DNA of 64,000 bases. Source: Cercozoa sp. M6MM. Its lineage: Eukaryota; Protista; Endomyxa: Ascetosporea. Position numbers and translations under genes: made by a program. Location: NCBI GenBank assembly GCA_040357565.1, contig JBDODJ010000047.1; one strand, 5' to 3'. This document shows, in pieces, positions 39,201 through 51,306 of this stretch; position 1 is the first letter of the stretch, and each line of letters starts with the position of its first letter. Below the pieces are notes generated by a model, which saw only the letters and a list, made by a program, of their open reading frames with translations, was not told the DNA's origin and did not search any database.

Positions 39201-42200
39201 AACACGTGCACATACACCGTCAGTCACTGAGTGGTCACAGTGGTCACATGGGTCACTCCAAGTGGCCACTCAGAGTGGGACACGTGGCACCAATGCGAGT
39301 GCGCGCAGTGCCAGCAGCCACCGCGACGACGCGCTGCGGAAGGCCTTGTCCCCACCTGTCCGAGGGAGAGGGGTAAAGTGTAAGGGGGGGGGGGTAGAGG
39401 TAAAGCTACCGCCATAGTGCGAAGCCAGAGCGATGGTGCACAGTGCGTGTTCCACCTGTCCAGGGGGGGGGGGGGTAAGGGGTAGAGGTGGGGGGGGGGG
39501 GGGGGTAAATCTACATTGCGAATGTTGAGGAAGCTGCCGTCGTTGACGCGTCCGTGTACCGGCAGCGACACCACCTGGAGGTATGTACAAACATAAGTAC
39601 AAACGGACCATACTCACATCTCGTCCAGTCCAGTCCAGTCCAGTCCAGTCCAAATGGGCAAACGTACCGCCGAGTAGGACCGCAGCACGCGGTTGCTCTG
39701 TGTCAGCGACTGCGGCGACTGTCCGCGCGTCTGCTTGATGTGCTCCACAATGTACTGCAGGTACCTGTGCCAGGGGGGTAGGGGGTAAGGGAGTAAGGGG
39801 GGGGGGGGGTAGGAATAAAACTACGGTCGCATGGCCACCAACAGATGTTCCTCATTGGCGCTGCGTGCCTTCAGCAGACCCGTCTTCCTCTACACACGTA
39901 CATGTATAAGGGGTAGGGGTAGGGATAGGGGCACAATTACCGTAGTCTGAAGCGACAGTTCCTGCACACATGGGTTTAAGGGGGTAGGGGTAGGGGTAGG
40001 GTGTGTGTGTGTGTGGGGGGGGGGTACACGCTGAAGCGCCTGCCGACTGAGCGGCAAGCGACACGCGAACGCGAGGTTGCGCCGCGTCATGCGAAACGGC
40101 AGTCGCGTCTCGCCTGTGCACGTGCTCACTCAGTGACCACACACGCACGTGCTCACTCGGTGATCACAGCACGTGCTCACTCAGTGATCGAACACGTTAG
40201 CAAGAGATACCCTCAGTCAGAGGCAGCAAGAAGTCGTCCAAACGACGGAACACAATCGCACTGGCTGGCACACTGCGCGGGGTAAGCAGGTAGGGAGGGG
40301 TGGGGTAAGGGGTAAGGCCCCGGGGGGGGGGGTACAAGTGCAGAACGTCGCACATGGCCACCAGCAGCGAGTGCATGCGACAGCGAATCACCGCATTCGG
40401 GTGACACACCAACGGCGCCGCACGCGCCTGTCCCCAAGGGGGTAAAGGGTGTGTGGGGGGAGGGGTAAGTCTACCAAGATGGCGTCCAATGCCGGCGCGT
40501 CCAACAACTCGGCGCGGCACAGTCTCGAACTAGGGGGTAAGAGGGGGTAAGAGGGAGGTAAGAGGGAGGTAAGAGGGTAAAGGTGGGGTAGGGGTAAAGC
40601 TACAAGGCATCCACGGTGCGCTGCACGACGTATTCGCTGCTGTCGCACAGACCGTTCTCCTGCAGGGAAGGGGAGGGGGGAGGGTAAAGGGTAGGGGAGG
40701 GTAGGGTAAACGCACCAGCACAGGCAGCAGCATGCGCAGCGTATGTCGGCCCAGTGAACCTGACCACGTGGTCACTCAGCGATCACTCAGCAATCAACCA
40801 GTGATCACTCATCAATCAACCAGTGATCATCCAGTGATCACATATAGAAATCAATCGTACCACTGCAGGCGTAGTCGGTCAGCGCCTCCAGGAACGATGC
40901 ACGCAGCTGGGGGGGGGGGGGGTTAAGGGGCGGGACGGGGACGGGTTAGGGTAGGGAGGCAGAGTGTACACTCCAGTCGGGACTGTTCATAACGGTCGTT
41001 AGCAGCGGCAGCTACGCACATACACATAGACACACAGGTGTACACATTGTACCGTCCAACTGGTACTGGTATCAACTGGTCCAGTTGGACCAGTAGGCTT
41101 GTACAAACGGACGGCCAAACGGACCAACTCGTCGGCAGTGTTCTCGCGACCGTAGAAGCGACAGAGTTTCGCAAAGTCGCACAGCAGCGCGCGCTGCACG
41201 TCGCCCGACACGGCACGCGACACCAGCTGCTGCACCAGCTTGTGCACCTGCCCAGTCAGTCACACACACGTGCCCAGCCAGTCATACACACGTGCCCAGT
41301 CAGTCACACACATGCCCAGTCACAGTGACCACACGATCAAGCACGTGCAAAGTACACACATGTGAGTGTCTGTGTACCTGTTGACGCAGCTTGGCTACGT
41401 CGACGCTGCCCAACTGTATACGAGGGAAAGGGTAAAGGCGGCAAGCGGTCGGAGGGGGTAAATGGGATAAAGACAGTACCGGCTGCGACAGAGTCAGAGA
41501 GGCGCGCTTGACGCCTTGTCTCTGCATGTGTTGCCACGTGGTATCAGTGGGTTGAAACGTGCTAAGTGATCAGTGGGCTGACATGTGCTCAGTGGTACCG
41601 CCAGTGCGACACGATCGCAGTGCAGAATGCGCCTAGAGTAGAGGGTAAGGGGGTAGGGGGGGGGTAAATGAGGGTATGGCTACATAGCCTGCTCGGCCAG
41701 TCGTCCCAAGTCCCTCGCCTGTCCAGTCACAGAGTCACGTGGTCACTCTCAGTCCTCAGTGGTACCACTCAAAGTGACCACTCAGGGTCGAGCACGTGTC
41801 CAGTGGTACCAATGCAACACGCACGCACAGGTCGGGGTCGTCGGCCAGAGGCATCTGCACATAGAGAGACAAATGACACGTGCCCACTGACTCAGTGACT
41901 GACTGAGTGAGTGACAGGGCGAGCACGTGACTGACTGCAACGGTACCAGTGCAGGCAGCACATAGTCGGGCAGCACGCCGACCTCGGCGGCCGTCGGCGT
42001 CACCACGACGCTGCGCAGCAGGTCCGTCAGCAGCGACACGGCACCGCACCGCACCAGGGCGCTGGCATCACCTGCATACATATGCACAAGTGCACGTGCT
42101 CACTGGTACCACGTGTCACGTGCCAACTGGGATACATGACACGTGCTCACCCAGACAGCATGCATGAGGTACCAAGCAGAGCGACCACATAGGGCAGCAC

Positions 42201-45111
42201 GCGGTTGAGTGCGGCGTCGCTGTCCAGAAACGGCGCCAGCAACGACAGCGACTGCAGTGCGCGCAGCTTCACCACGTCTGTTTTAGTTAAGGCGGCAGGA
42301 CAGGGGTACAACGTATGGTACATGTGGACACATCGGTACATATGAACACATGCTGTACCGTGCTGGACACTGCGCACATTGACGCAGATCAGCGTCGCGA
42401 ACAACTGGATCGGACTCCTACGGGGAGGGGGTAAAGGGTGTGTGTGTGCGGGGGAGGGGNNNNNNNNNNNNNNNNNNNNNNNNNNNNNNNNNNNNNNNNN
42501 NNNNNNNNNNNNNNNNNNNNNNNNNNNNNNNNNNNNNNNNNNNNNNNNNNNNNNNNNNNAGGGGGGGGGGGGGGATAAGGGGGTAAACTACTTGGAACGC
42601 CGCATCTCCGACCACATTGGATCTTCCAGACTGGTACACATGAACACACACACATGTGCATATGGACAGACCGATTGGTTAAAATGATCGTGGATACCTG
42701 TACTCCTGCGGCCGAAGCGACACCGGTCGACGCGGCGGCGTCAGCGGCAGCGGACGCTCCGCGCGGAAGCGGTTTGATCGCAGTCTCTTACTTAAAGCAG
42801 CGTTGTTGGTGTTGTTGTTTAAGGCTGCTTTGTCGTCGTTGTCAAGGAGTCGCTGCTGCAGCTCGGCGATCTTGTGCTGCATCGACTCCAGTCGCTGTCG
42901 AATGAAGGCGTCCTCCTGCACACACAGAGTGACCACTCACTTAGGGAATTTAGATCTGATCACGCAGTGTGACCACTTGGAGATCACTGAGTGACCACGT
43001 GCTAACTCAGTCAATGGTGGCACGTGTGTCTGTCAGTACCATGGACTTGCTGCGAGCGGCAGCTTGCGTCTCGTGCGACTTGTGCTGTTGGGGGGGGGGG
43101 GTAGGGGTAGGGGTAGGGGTAGAGGGGGTAATGGGGGGGGGGGGGAACCTGGTGCTGCGCGCCCAGCAGGTCGTAGCCCTCGATGCGGTGCAGCAGAGCG
43201 CCGAGCGACTTGGCCACCGTCTTGATGCGACTGTCCGGCGACGCGAACTGCGGCAGCGCCAGCTGACTGCTCACACGTGTGCCACTTGATCCACCCAAGT
43301 GACCCACCCAAGTGATCACTCAGTGACCACTCAAGTGACCAGTCATTGACCATGTGATCGAGCACGTGCAGAGTGTACCGAAAGATGTCGAAACACACAT
43401 TGAAAGAGCGCGGGAAGATGCCCTGATCGGCGATGCCTGCGCACGTGGTCACTCAGTCACATGCCAACTCACTCAGTCAGGTGCGACCCCAGTCACTCAG
43501 TAAGAAGGTACCACTGCTCCAGTACTCGAGTGCACTCTTGCGCTTCGCCGGGTCGCGCTGTGTCATGTCGCGGACCTACGTGCGGGGTGCGGGGGTAAGG
43601 GAGGAAATGGGGAGGGAAAGAGGGGAGTAAAGGTAGGGGAAAGAGGACCAGATCACGCAACGCCGCGTCCTCGATGGAATTGAGAACACTGTCGCGCGTG
43701 TCTGTGCCTACAAGGACGGTAAGGGGAGGGTAAAGGGGCAAGGTAAAGGGGTAAGGTAAAGGGGTAAGGTAAAGGGGTAAACTGCAGTACCGTCCTTGTA
43801 GGCGAGGAGCTTGGGCAGATCAAAGAGCGCTTTGCCTGTACACCCCAAGTGACTCATGTGACCCCCAGTGACCCACGTGATCACTCAGATGATCCCCAGT
43901 CATAACAGAGTGATCACGTACCGTCAGTCAGCACCTCGCAGATCACGCAGCCGACGCTGAAAATATCCATCGCCGACGTCAGCTTCTCCTCGCCTGAGGG
44001 GGAAAGGCGGGGGGTAAAGGGGTAAAGGGGTAAAGGGGTAAAGGGGTAAAGGGGTAAATGGGGTCTGGGGAGGGGTAAATTACCAGGCTCGAAGCGTTCA
44101 GGCGCCACGTAGCAGCGCCTCCGCGCGGAAGCACCGGCGAAGAAAAAGTGAAAGTCGGCCGGATTGTCCGCCGGCAGCCGCACCTGGGGTAAGGGGTAAG
44201 GGGGGAGGCAAAGGGGTAGGGTAGCATACCGGCTTGTAGGCCTCTCCCGTGCCGTCACACAGCATGAGCCAGTGCCTGCATATTGGTACAGATGGACATA
44301 TGTACAAGTACTATAAGAGGTGGGGGGGGGGTAAAACTAAAGTACCACGTGGTGAGCAGCACGTTCTCGCTTTTGACGTCGCCGTGGAACATGTCGGCCC
44401 CGGGGAATGGGCGGGGAACATTTTCCCCCCCCCCCTTTTTAACCCCCCCCCCCTCTTTGCCCCTTCCATACCCCCGTCTTTATCCCCAGATGCTCGAGTG
44501 TACCTGTGCAATAGCACGCAGCAGTTGGTACACGAGCCAGCGTTTCTCCAGGTCAGACAGCGGTCCGCTGGCACGTCGGTCGTGCAGTCGGTCGAACAAT
44601 GACCAGGTCTGCCCATCAGGTACGGAACATTTGTACCCCTATGTGTACAGAACCACATTGGTACCATGTACGGCCTCGCAAAGAACACGGCCTTTGGTGT
44701 CTCGGCCACACGCGTGTGCGGCAGCACGCTCGGCATTTTCTCCACCGACTGAATAAGGGGGGGGGGGTAAATAGCAGGTGGGGGTAAAGGAGGGCAGATG
44801 CGGTGTGTGAATGAATGGTAACAGGTGACATGACGGTTGCGTACCCACTTGGCACGCCGTTCCTCCAGTGCACTGATCTGCGAGGACAGGTCAGCAGTCA
44901 AGTCGCGTCGCACGTGCACCTTCACCGTCAGCATCGGCACGTGTGCACCGCCACTGGCCTCAGGGCTCTCGTCCCAGCAGCGGAACGTGTCCGCCAGTCG
45001 GCCGCGCCCGAGCTCGTTGTCCACGCGGATGTGCGCGAACCCGCGCGGACGTGCCTGCCCCAGCGCCGTGCGCGCATCCGTTGCCGCAGGAATCACGAGC
45101 TGATTGCCCAT
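34729..45111 (-). CDS. VPS15: Phosphoinositide 3-kinase regulatory subunit 4 (kinase-HEAT-WD40); roughly 50 introns
   Basis: Myristoylation start MGNQL; HGDVKSENVL, LPADNPADF..FF, RRRCYVAPERF, MDIFSVGCVI; HEAT region LNRVLPYVV; C-terminal WD40 ...FHADVITDM...SDRAGVVKLWC*. Confidence 0.93.
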
Positions 45112-45476
45112 GACTGCACACACAAGGAACAATCAAGCCCTTTTACTGCCTGATCACAACATCATATTGCTCACACACGATGCTCTGGCCTAGAAACCTA
45201 CCTTCGCGCCAATATATATTCTTTGTACAGCTGTGCACACGCCTAGGCCTCTCGATACTGTACGTTGAAACAGGATTTTTCTTAAGGTGCGATCTACTTT
45301 CTTGGACGATTTCACTTGTCCTATCACTTTAACAGGACACGACGGAGGTGTGCGATTGATCCGAGATGCTTAATGGTCCTAGCATAAGTGTTTAAACATA
45401 TGGTGACCCATGACCTGTGTTGGTTGACGCAGGCAGCAGCTCAAAACAGTAAAGTGCCCTGGACCCGAGACAAAGT

Positions 45477-45635
45477 AACTTACCTGGATCATTGCGGGGT
45501 TGGGTGATCACGCAGGCCCTCCCCGTAGCGCTGAGCAGGGCCTCCTGCACTTGGTCGTCTGTGACGCGTTCACCTCGCCTTCGGGTGTCGTGGTGATTCT
45601 AATCTCTACAGCGGGATCGGCGAGCTAGTCTCCTG
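45477..45635 (+). ncRNA. U1: U1 spliceosomal snRNA (divergent)
   Basis: 5' AACUUACCUGG; closing helix GGAUCA/UGAUUC; SL-I UGCGGGG..GGGU-[GAUCACGCAG]-GCCC..CCCCGUA; SL-II loop UCCUGCACUU; SL-III CGCC-UUCG-GGUG; Sm-position AAUCUCU; terminal SL-IV; about 159 nt. Confidence 0.9.
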
Positions 45636-46248
45636 GTCCTGGACCTCCCCTTCTTTTTTGTTTTGCCGCCCGGGCCGGGGCCGTGCCGTTACCGACGAGC
45701 CGCACACAGTGCAGCCCATCAAGATAATCTTCCTGAACTCCCATGTTTAGAAGTAAGCTAGCGAAACAGTTCGATTTTCTTCAGCACGTCGCCAAACAGC
45801 GCGAGCCATGGCAGATGGCCTGAACTAAATCCTCTGAATTGATGGAGTGATCGATCGTCCATACATCGATCGATATGGGTGCTAAAACCCCAAGCTCCGT
45901 ACAAGCTAGAAGGTATGGCACGGCGTCGCGATCTTCTGACCACGGCGGTGAATTAAATTTAAGTTTAATGCAACTCCCAACGAGAGAATTGGGTACCTGA
46001 TCGGAGCACCCGTGGTTGCGTGGATCGCTGATCGTATCGTTAGTACCAAGCACGTGGCTGGTTTGAAACGAAACGAAACGATCCAGTCGGTCAGTTGCAG
46101 CCGTTTTGCAATCGCACGTGCCTGTTTTTGCAGGAGGTACCGAGTGAGAGAACAGCGCTCGCTCCGGTTCGCGTCGAACTCACACCACTCATCTTTTGTT
46201 GTTTTTGCCTTGTTCCTCTTTAGTTTCTTCTCTAGTGCGCTCAACAGC

Positions 46249-47112
46249 ATGAAGCTTGTGTTGACTACGTTGTTGGCTGCGTCGAGTGCGCTCGCTGCCT
46301 CCTGCGCCTCTCATTCGGTACTACCTCCAGTCGCTGGACCTCGCCTCGTTACTCGTTATTGACTGGATGCACTCTTGTTTCCGATCAGGCGACCTTCTCC
46401 TCGGGCAGCAGTGAGTTCACTCTGCGCGGCGCCATGACCGTACTGCATTCTCACCTTCCCTCCTTCAATCCCCAGAGTTCCTGCCCCGACAGGAACCACC
46501 GGCACAATAAACTTACAATGAATGGCTCTCTCACTGAGCAGGACTGCATCGCTGACACCGTCGACGACATTGGCAAGCAACAGCGCTGCACTGCCGTGCT
46601 GCACGAGACTCCTGCAGGACAGTACGCGGTCACGTGCTACGAGCATTAGTGTAGGTTTACTATATTCGATATGTTCGATCTCACACACACACACACGCAC
46701 TTCCCGGACTCGAGCTGAATTCAGCTGCTAAATATATATCACCTTGCCCCCCCCACACACCTCCTCTGTCAATTTCCCCTTGTTCAGCGTCGTGCCCTGC
46801 CAACCAGTCTGTCGCCGCCACTGCCGCTGGCGTTCCTTCCACTGATGTCGTGCTTCACGCTGCTTGGTACCGTGCACACACTCTCAAATCTGGCCCTACT
46901 GTCAGTTTACCTTGCCCATGTTTCGACAGCGGCACTCAAGGCCAGTCGCTGACGTCGCCGTACGGAGGTCGCCAACACGTGTGTCGCAAGGTCTGTATGT
47001 TTCCTTTCAGTTTACTGTATCTAAGCTCAGTTGAAGTGTTATTTTGACTGCTTGGCGCGGCAGCTCGTGCGGCCTTCTACAGTCACTCCATTACGTTCTC
47101 ATACGGTGCGTT

Positions 47113-47172
<60 letters not shown>

Positions 47173-47718
47173 CCACTGTGTCATCTGCTATCGTGCGTGT
47201 ATGGATAGTGCCGCCGGGCGAGGACTACGTCGAAAAGTGCCTGTCGATGTGCGCTACCGCCGAAGCGCTGAACCCGACGAACGAGAAACTCGACCGCATT
47301 CTCCTGTCCTCCAACGGCTCGAGCAAGTATTTACTTACTTTTATTTTCATTTCCAGCATGCCTGTAAATTGATGTGATATGCAAACTGCAGTGATGTCAA
47401 GTGCTTCTGCGCCACTGCCGCGGTACCTTTGATTGACTCTACTGAAGTCGTGCCAGTCGGTTGAACGAAAGGGGTGTATGTGTGACGTATGCAGAACACG
47501 GAAGCCAACGTGCTTGGCACCTGTGCGTACAAGGACGTACGTTTCTTCGCAGTTTGTCTCAGTGTCCACATGTATCTTCCCTTGCCTTTGTGCAGTGCCC
47601 GATTGCGCCGGGCTCGTGGTACCAGGCCAAGTGCGGCGACGGACTCGGCGACGTCCCGTACTACAACACGCACCAGGAAGTCACCGTGTACACCAACACC
47701 ATGGCTGTGTCGTCGTAA
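46249..47718 (+). CDS. Secreted Cys-rich protein with C-terminal WSC-like carbohydrate-binding domain
   Basis: Signal peptide MKLVLTTLLAASSALA; EKCLSMC...KCFC...C....CP.......CGDG...VTVY follows the WSC Cys pattern. Confidence 0.65.
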
Positions 47719-47819
47719 ACGAGACCCCCTCCAACCTATACGCAAGCTTCAGCCGGAGTCGAACTGCCGTGCCGGCACCTGTGAACGTGAATGCGATACT
47801 GTTACATGTATGGACTTGA

Positions 47820-48680
47820 TACCGCAGCCCTCTCAGATAGGGATCAGACCTTGGTAAATTGAGGGTACTTTGCCAGTCATACAAAAATCTAAGGAACGTT
47901 AGAAATCTGTTCTTGGCGGGAGAGTGGCCGAGTGTCAGTTTGAAAGAGTGGATCACCCCAACGTTCAGTTGGGCGGCAAAGCACTGGTGCACGGGCATGA
48001 AACCCGTCAGATGATTTTATTGAGTGGCGTGAAGTAAGGAACAAGGAACAAGGAGGGCCTCTAGAAAGGCGCAGGACGGGCAGAAGTGAGACAACTGGTC
48101 CTGGAGAGATCAGAATACCCTGGTCGAGAATGAGCCCTTCTTTGAGTTTAGCTTCAGGAGCTTGCTCAAGGCTTCCCTACTCAAACACAGGTGTAGGTTT
48201 TTTGTAAGTTGTTACGGCATAGAGTTTCTCAACCAGTCAAGTTTTCATTTGACTACTCGTCAGCGCGGACGATCAAATCTAAACCAGTGTGGTTTATAGT
48301 GAAGGATTTGTTTTGCTAGGTATCTCCTGCATTACATCCTGAGGCTTCCACCTTGCATTGTCAAGTGTTGTGCAGACCTGACTTCCTAGCTTGGGTCAAG
48401 CTTTCTACAGCTCACGCACTTTGACTGCAGGTATCTCTTCTCCAGTTTCCTTCTACGGAGCTCTTGTCCCTTCGCACTTGATACGTTCTGTCGTGATAGT
48501 GCCTGGGCTGTTCTTTTTAATTGCCATCAACAAGCATTCAAGCTTTCGACGACCTTTTCTACAAGGGTATGTCTTCTAATCCTCCGCATCGACGCCATTC
48601 TAACTGACGTTATACTTCCTTTATTTAGTCGTCTTCAATACCTTAGTTACTGGTTTCCATACCGTAACAAAGTCCTAAAG
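47820..48680 (-). mobile_element. Decayed non-LTR retrotransposon remnant with restriction-like endonuclease (RLE) motifs
   Basis: Minus strand, with stops and frameshifts, in the expected order: C.GMET, IRRHTLVEKVVESL..WQL.KEQP, DLIVR, VFE*GSLEQAPEAKLK, then the 300-bp segment shared with 26403-26692. Confidence 0.45.
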
Positions 48681-48755
48681 TGGCTTCTGCCCGGATACAG
48701 TAGATCATGCTGTCACAAGCTTGAGTTCAACTTTAAGTGTCGCTTCCGAGTCAAG

Positions 48756-49967
48756 TCAGACGAGACGGATGTCGATTAAAAAATTATTCACTTGACTGCA
48801 GTTCACTTTCAGTCGAACTTGGGGAGTCGGAAGATGAGTCAGAAAAAAACAGCAAATGCGTCGGAAGCAGACACGCTCCGTCGAAGTAGTAGTACCTGCC
48901 GGGATATATTTCTCGAGCTGAACACAAAAGAAACAGATTGCACCGAGTGGCTCGCGAACTATGCGTGTCACAAACAACGTCGTATCTCCTTCCCGTCTCT
49001 TCTCTGCTCAAATCAGCGAAGTGCGTACATTAAGAAATGTGTGAGCAGCGTGCGTACCTCACAGGAGGCTTCAACAAAGGTGGGGTGTTTTCGTCAAACT
49101 CTTTCGAATCCACGTGCAGCGTGGCGCCCACCACGCCTGTGGCAACAACGCAGGTTCTGACGTCGTCAGATCGGCTCAGCAAACTCTTCTTTCGCGTTTG
49201 CCACATGTCTTCTCTGTCAGCACAAATAGGAAGGATAAGCACGCCCTGGTATGATCAGTGAACTGACTCAGAAGATTGCACCCAGCTTCATGATCGAGCG
49301 CGCAAAAGTGTCGCGCCAGTCTTGCACTGTCTGTTAAGTGCACTGCCTCGGCCACGTGACAGTGTGATGGTTCACTAAAACACCAGCGTGTACAGGGACG
49401 TATACGCACATCAGATAAATGGGATCGGTACCTTGCGTGAACCGGTGAGGAAAAACGCGCGTCGAAACCCAGGGCAGCAATGACTGGAACATGCGTTCGC
49501 TGTGTACCGTGCAGCAGGACCTTTTGAAAAACCTGTTCTTCCTGCGAGAGTCGTTCACAATATGTCAGTGGTAACAAGAAACAAAAAGAAGGGAGTATTT
49601 ACTAATCCGTCGCGTGACAGAAGTAGTTCTGTGCGACGCAGTGCGAACTCAAACTGCCGCTGTAGCACATCATTGTGCACGCTTGCCACACCTGAAACGT
49701 CGTTGCGACTTAAAGCATTTAGACTTGATCTCACACCTCAGACGTACCAAGGAGATGCGACTCGTTCAGTTCCACTTGCTTGCACAGTGCGCGCACTTCT
49801 TCGCGGCCAGGAGCACTCAACCTCACTTCTGGACTCAGCCTCTGCGTTGACATCAACACTCCACACCTGCCACTACCTGTACAGAAGCTAGAAGTGCGAT
49901 TCACCCTCAGCGAGTCGAGGAACAATGAGTGCGCAAGCTCAAGTCCTTTGCGTCCAAGATCCCGCAT
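48756..49967 (-). CDS. PARP catalytic-domain-like protein, divergent
   Basis: LLHGTQRTHVPVIAALGFDARFS resembles the LFHGT...I...GFD motif of mono-ART PARPs; AEAVHLTDSARLARHF occupies the G.GVYFA...S..Y position. Confidence 0.5.
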
Positions 49968-50339
49968 CTGTCTGCCAAAAATTGAAATTAATCATCGATC
50001 GGATCGCGCGATACAAGCACAAATTTAAAAACTACCAAAGGCTGAACTGCGGTAGCGGACCGCCACTGCACCCGTTCGCACAAGCGAAATCAACATCGCG
50101 CAACGATGACCCGTCGGTCCGATAAATAATAAATAAAATCCATTGAGCGACTTTTTGGCACAAGCGCCAGCGTGACGTAGCGCACGCTGTTCCAGTGTTT
50201 GTTTGGTATGTTTTCTTGCACTAATATGCCTCATGGTGGCGGTCACGGGGATGATAAATTCACAATAAGAATTATTGTATTATTGTTTTGCTATGTTTGT
50301 CTCAAGTTGGTTTTCGTGCAGTGTGCTGCCGCTAGCAAA

Positions 50340-51273
50340 ATGAGCGACTGGTTTTCGCGTGACTCTCATTTCACCCGACACGGTGGTACGTTCAGATTGG
50401 CATGATTACGTGCTGTATGTCTAAGTCTATTATGTTCTTGTCTCAAGCAGGAGAGGAACTGGAGCGCGAGCGACGCAGACTGCGTGAGCGACAAGAACGA
50501 GAGGTGCCAGCAAACTCCTTTTGTGCAGTTTTAAGGTGCGTGTTTGCCATGTTATGAGTGTTTGACAGCGCGACAAAGTGCGTCGCGAGGCTCGTCGACG
50601 CGAACGGCAGCGTGTACGTTCCTTCCTCCTTGTGTATGTGTATGTGCGTGTGTGTGTGTTGCTTTGTGACACAGCACTGTATGGCAGGGACCCGTGCTGC
50701 CAAAGTTCCTGGCGGAAGCAGCTCTGGCAGCGGCGCGCAAAAGCAGCGACAGCGACAAGAGCGACGCCGACAAGAACAAGAGCGGCTTGGAAGGTGCGTG
50801 TGTGTGTTGTCTGTGTCTATGTGTCTCTGTGTATGTCTAAGGATACGGTGTGTTCCCACAGACAAGACTTCGTTCGCTGCACGTTTCGCGTCGTCGAAAC
50901 CTGCCCAGGTAGGACAGGTCATAGATTAGGTCATGCCTGTGCGTCCGCGCGGATAGTGATGCCCCCCCCCCCTGTAGGTGCCTCAACGTCGCAAGCGCGG
51001 TCTCATTTCGATCAGCGATTCCGAGTCAGAGTCCGACGACTCTGACGCGTAGGCTTACCCCCTACCCCTCCTCCTTTACCCTCTACCCCCTTCTCCTTTA
51101 CCCTACCCCCTTCTCCTTTACCACTACCTCTACCCCCCTTACCTCCTCACCCTTCCCCCTTACCTCCTCGCCCCTTACTCCCTACCCCTTACCTCTTTAC
51201 CCCGTACCCCCTTACCACCAGGGAGCAACCTCTGCCGAAGAAGCAAAAACAAGCGGAAGTGGCGGCGACGAAA

Positions 51274-51306
<33 letters not shown>

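Noticed and set aside
15230-49967. NADAR plus PARP-like gene as a toxin-antitoxin-like module
   Set aside because: They are 33 kb apart with many unrelated genes between them; no evidence of linkage.
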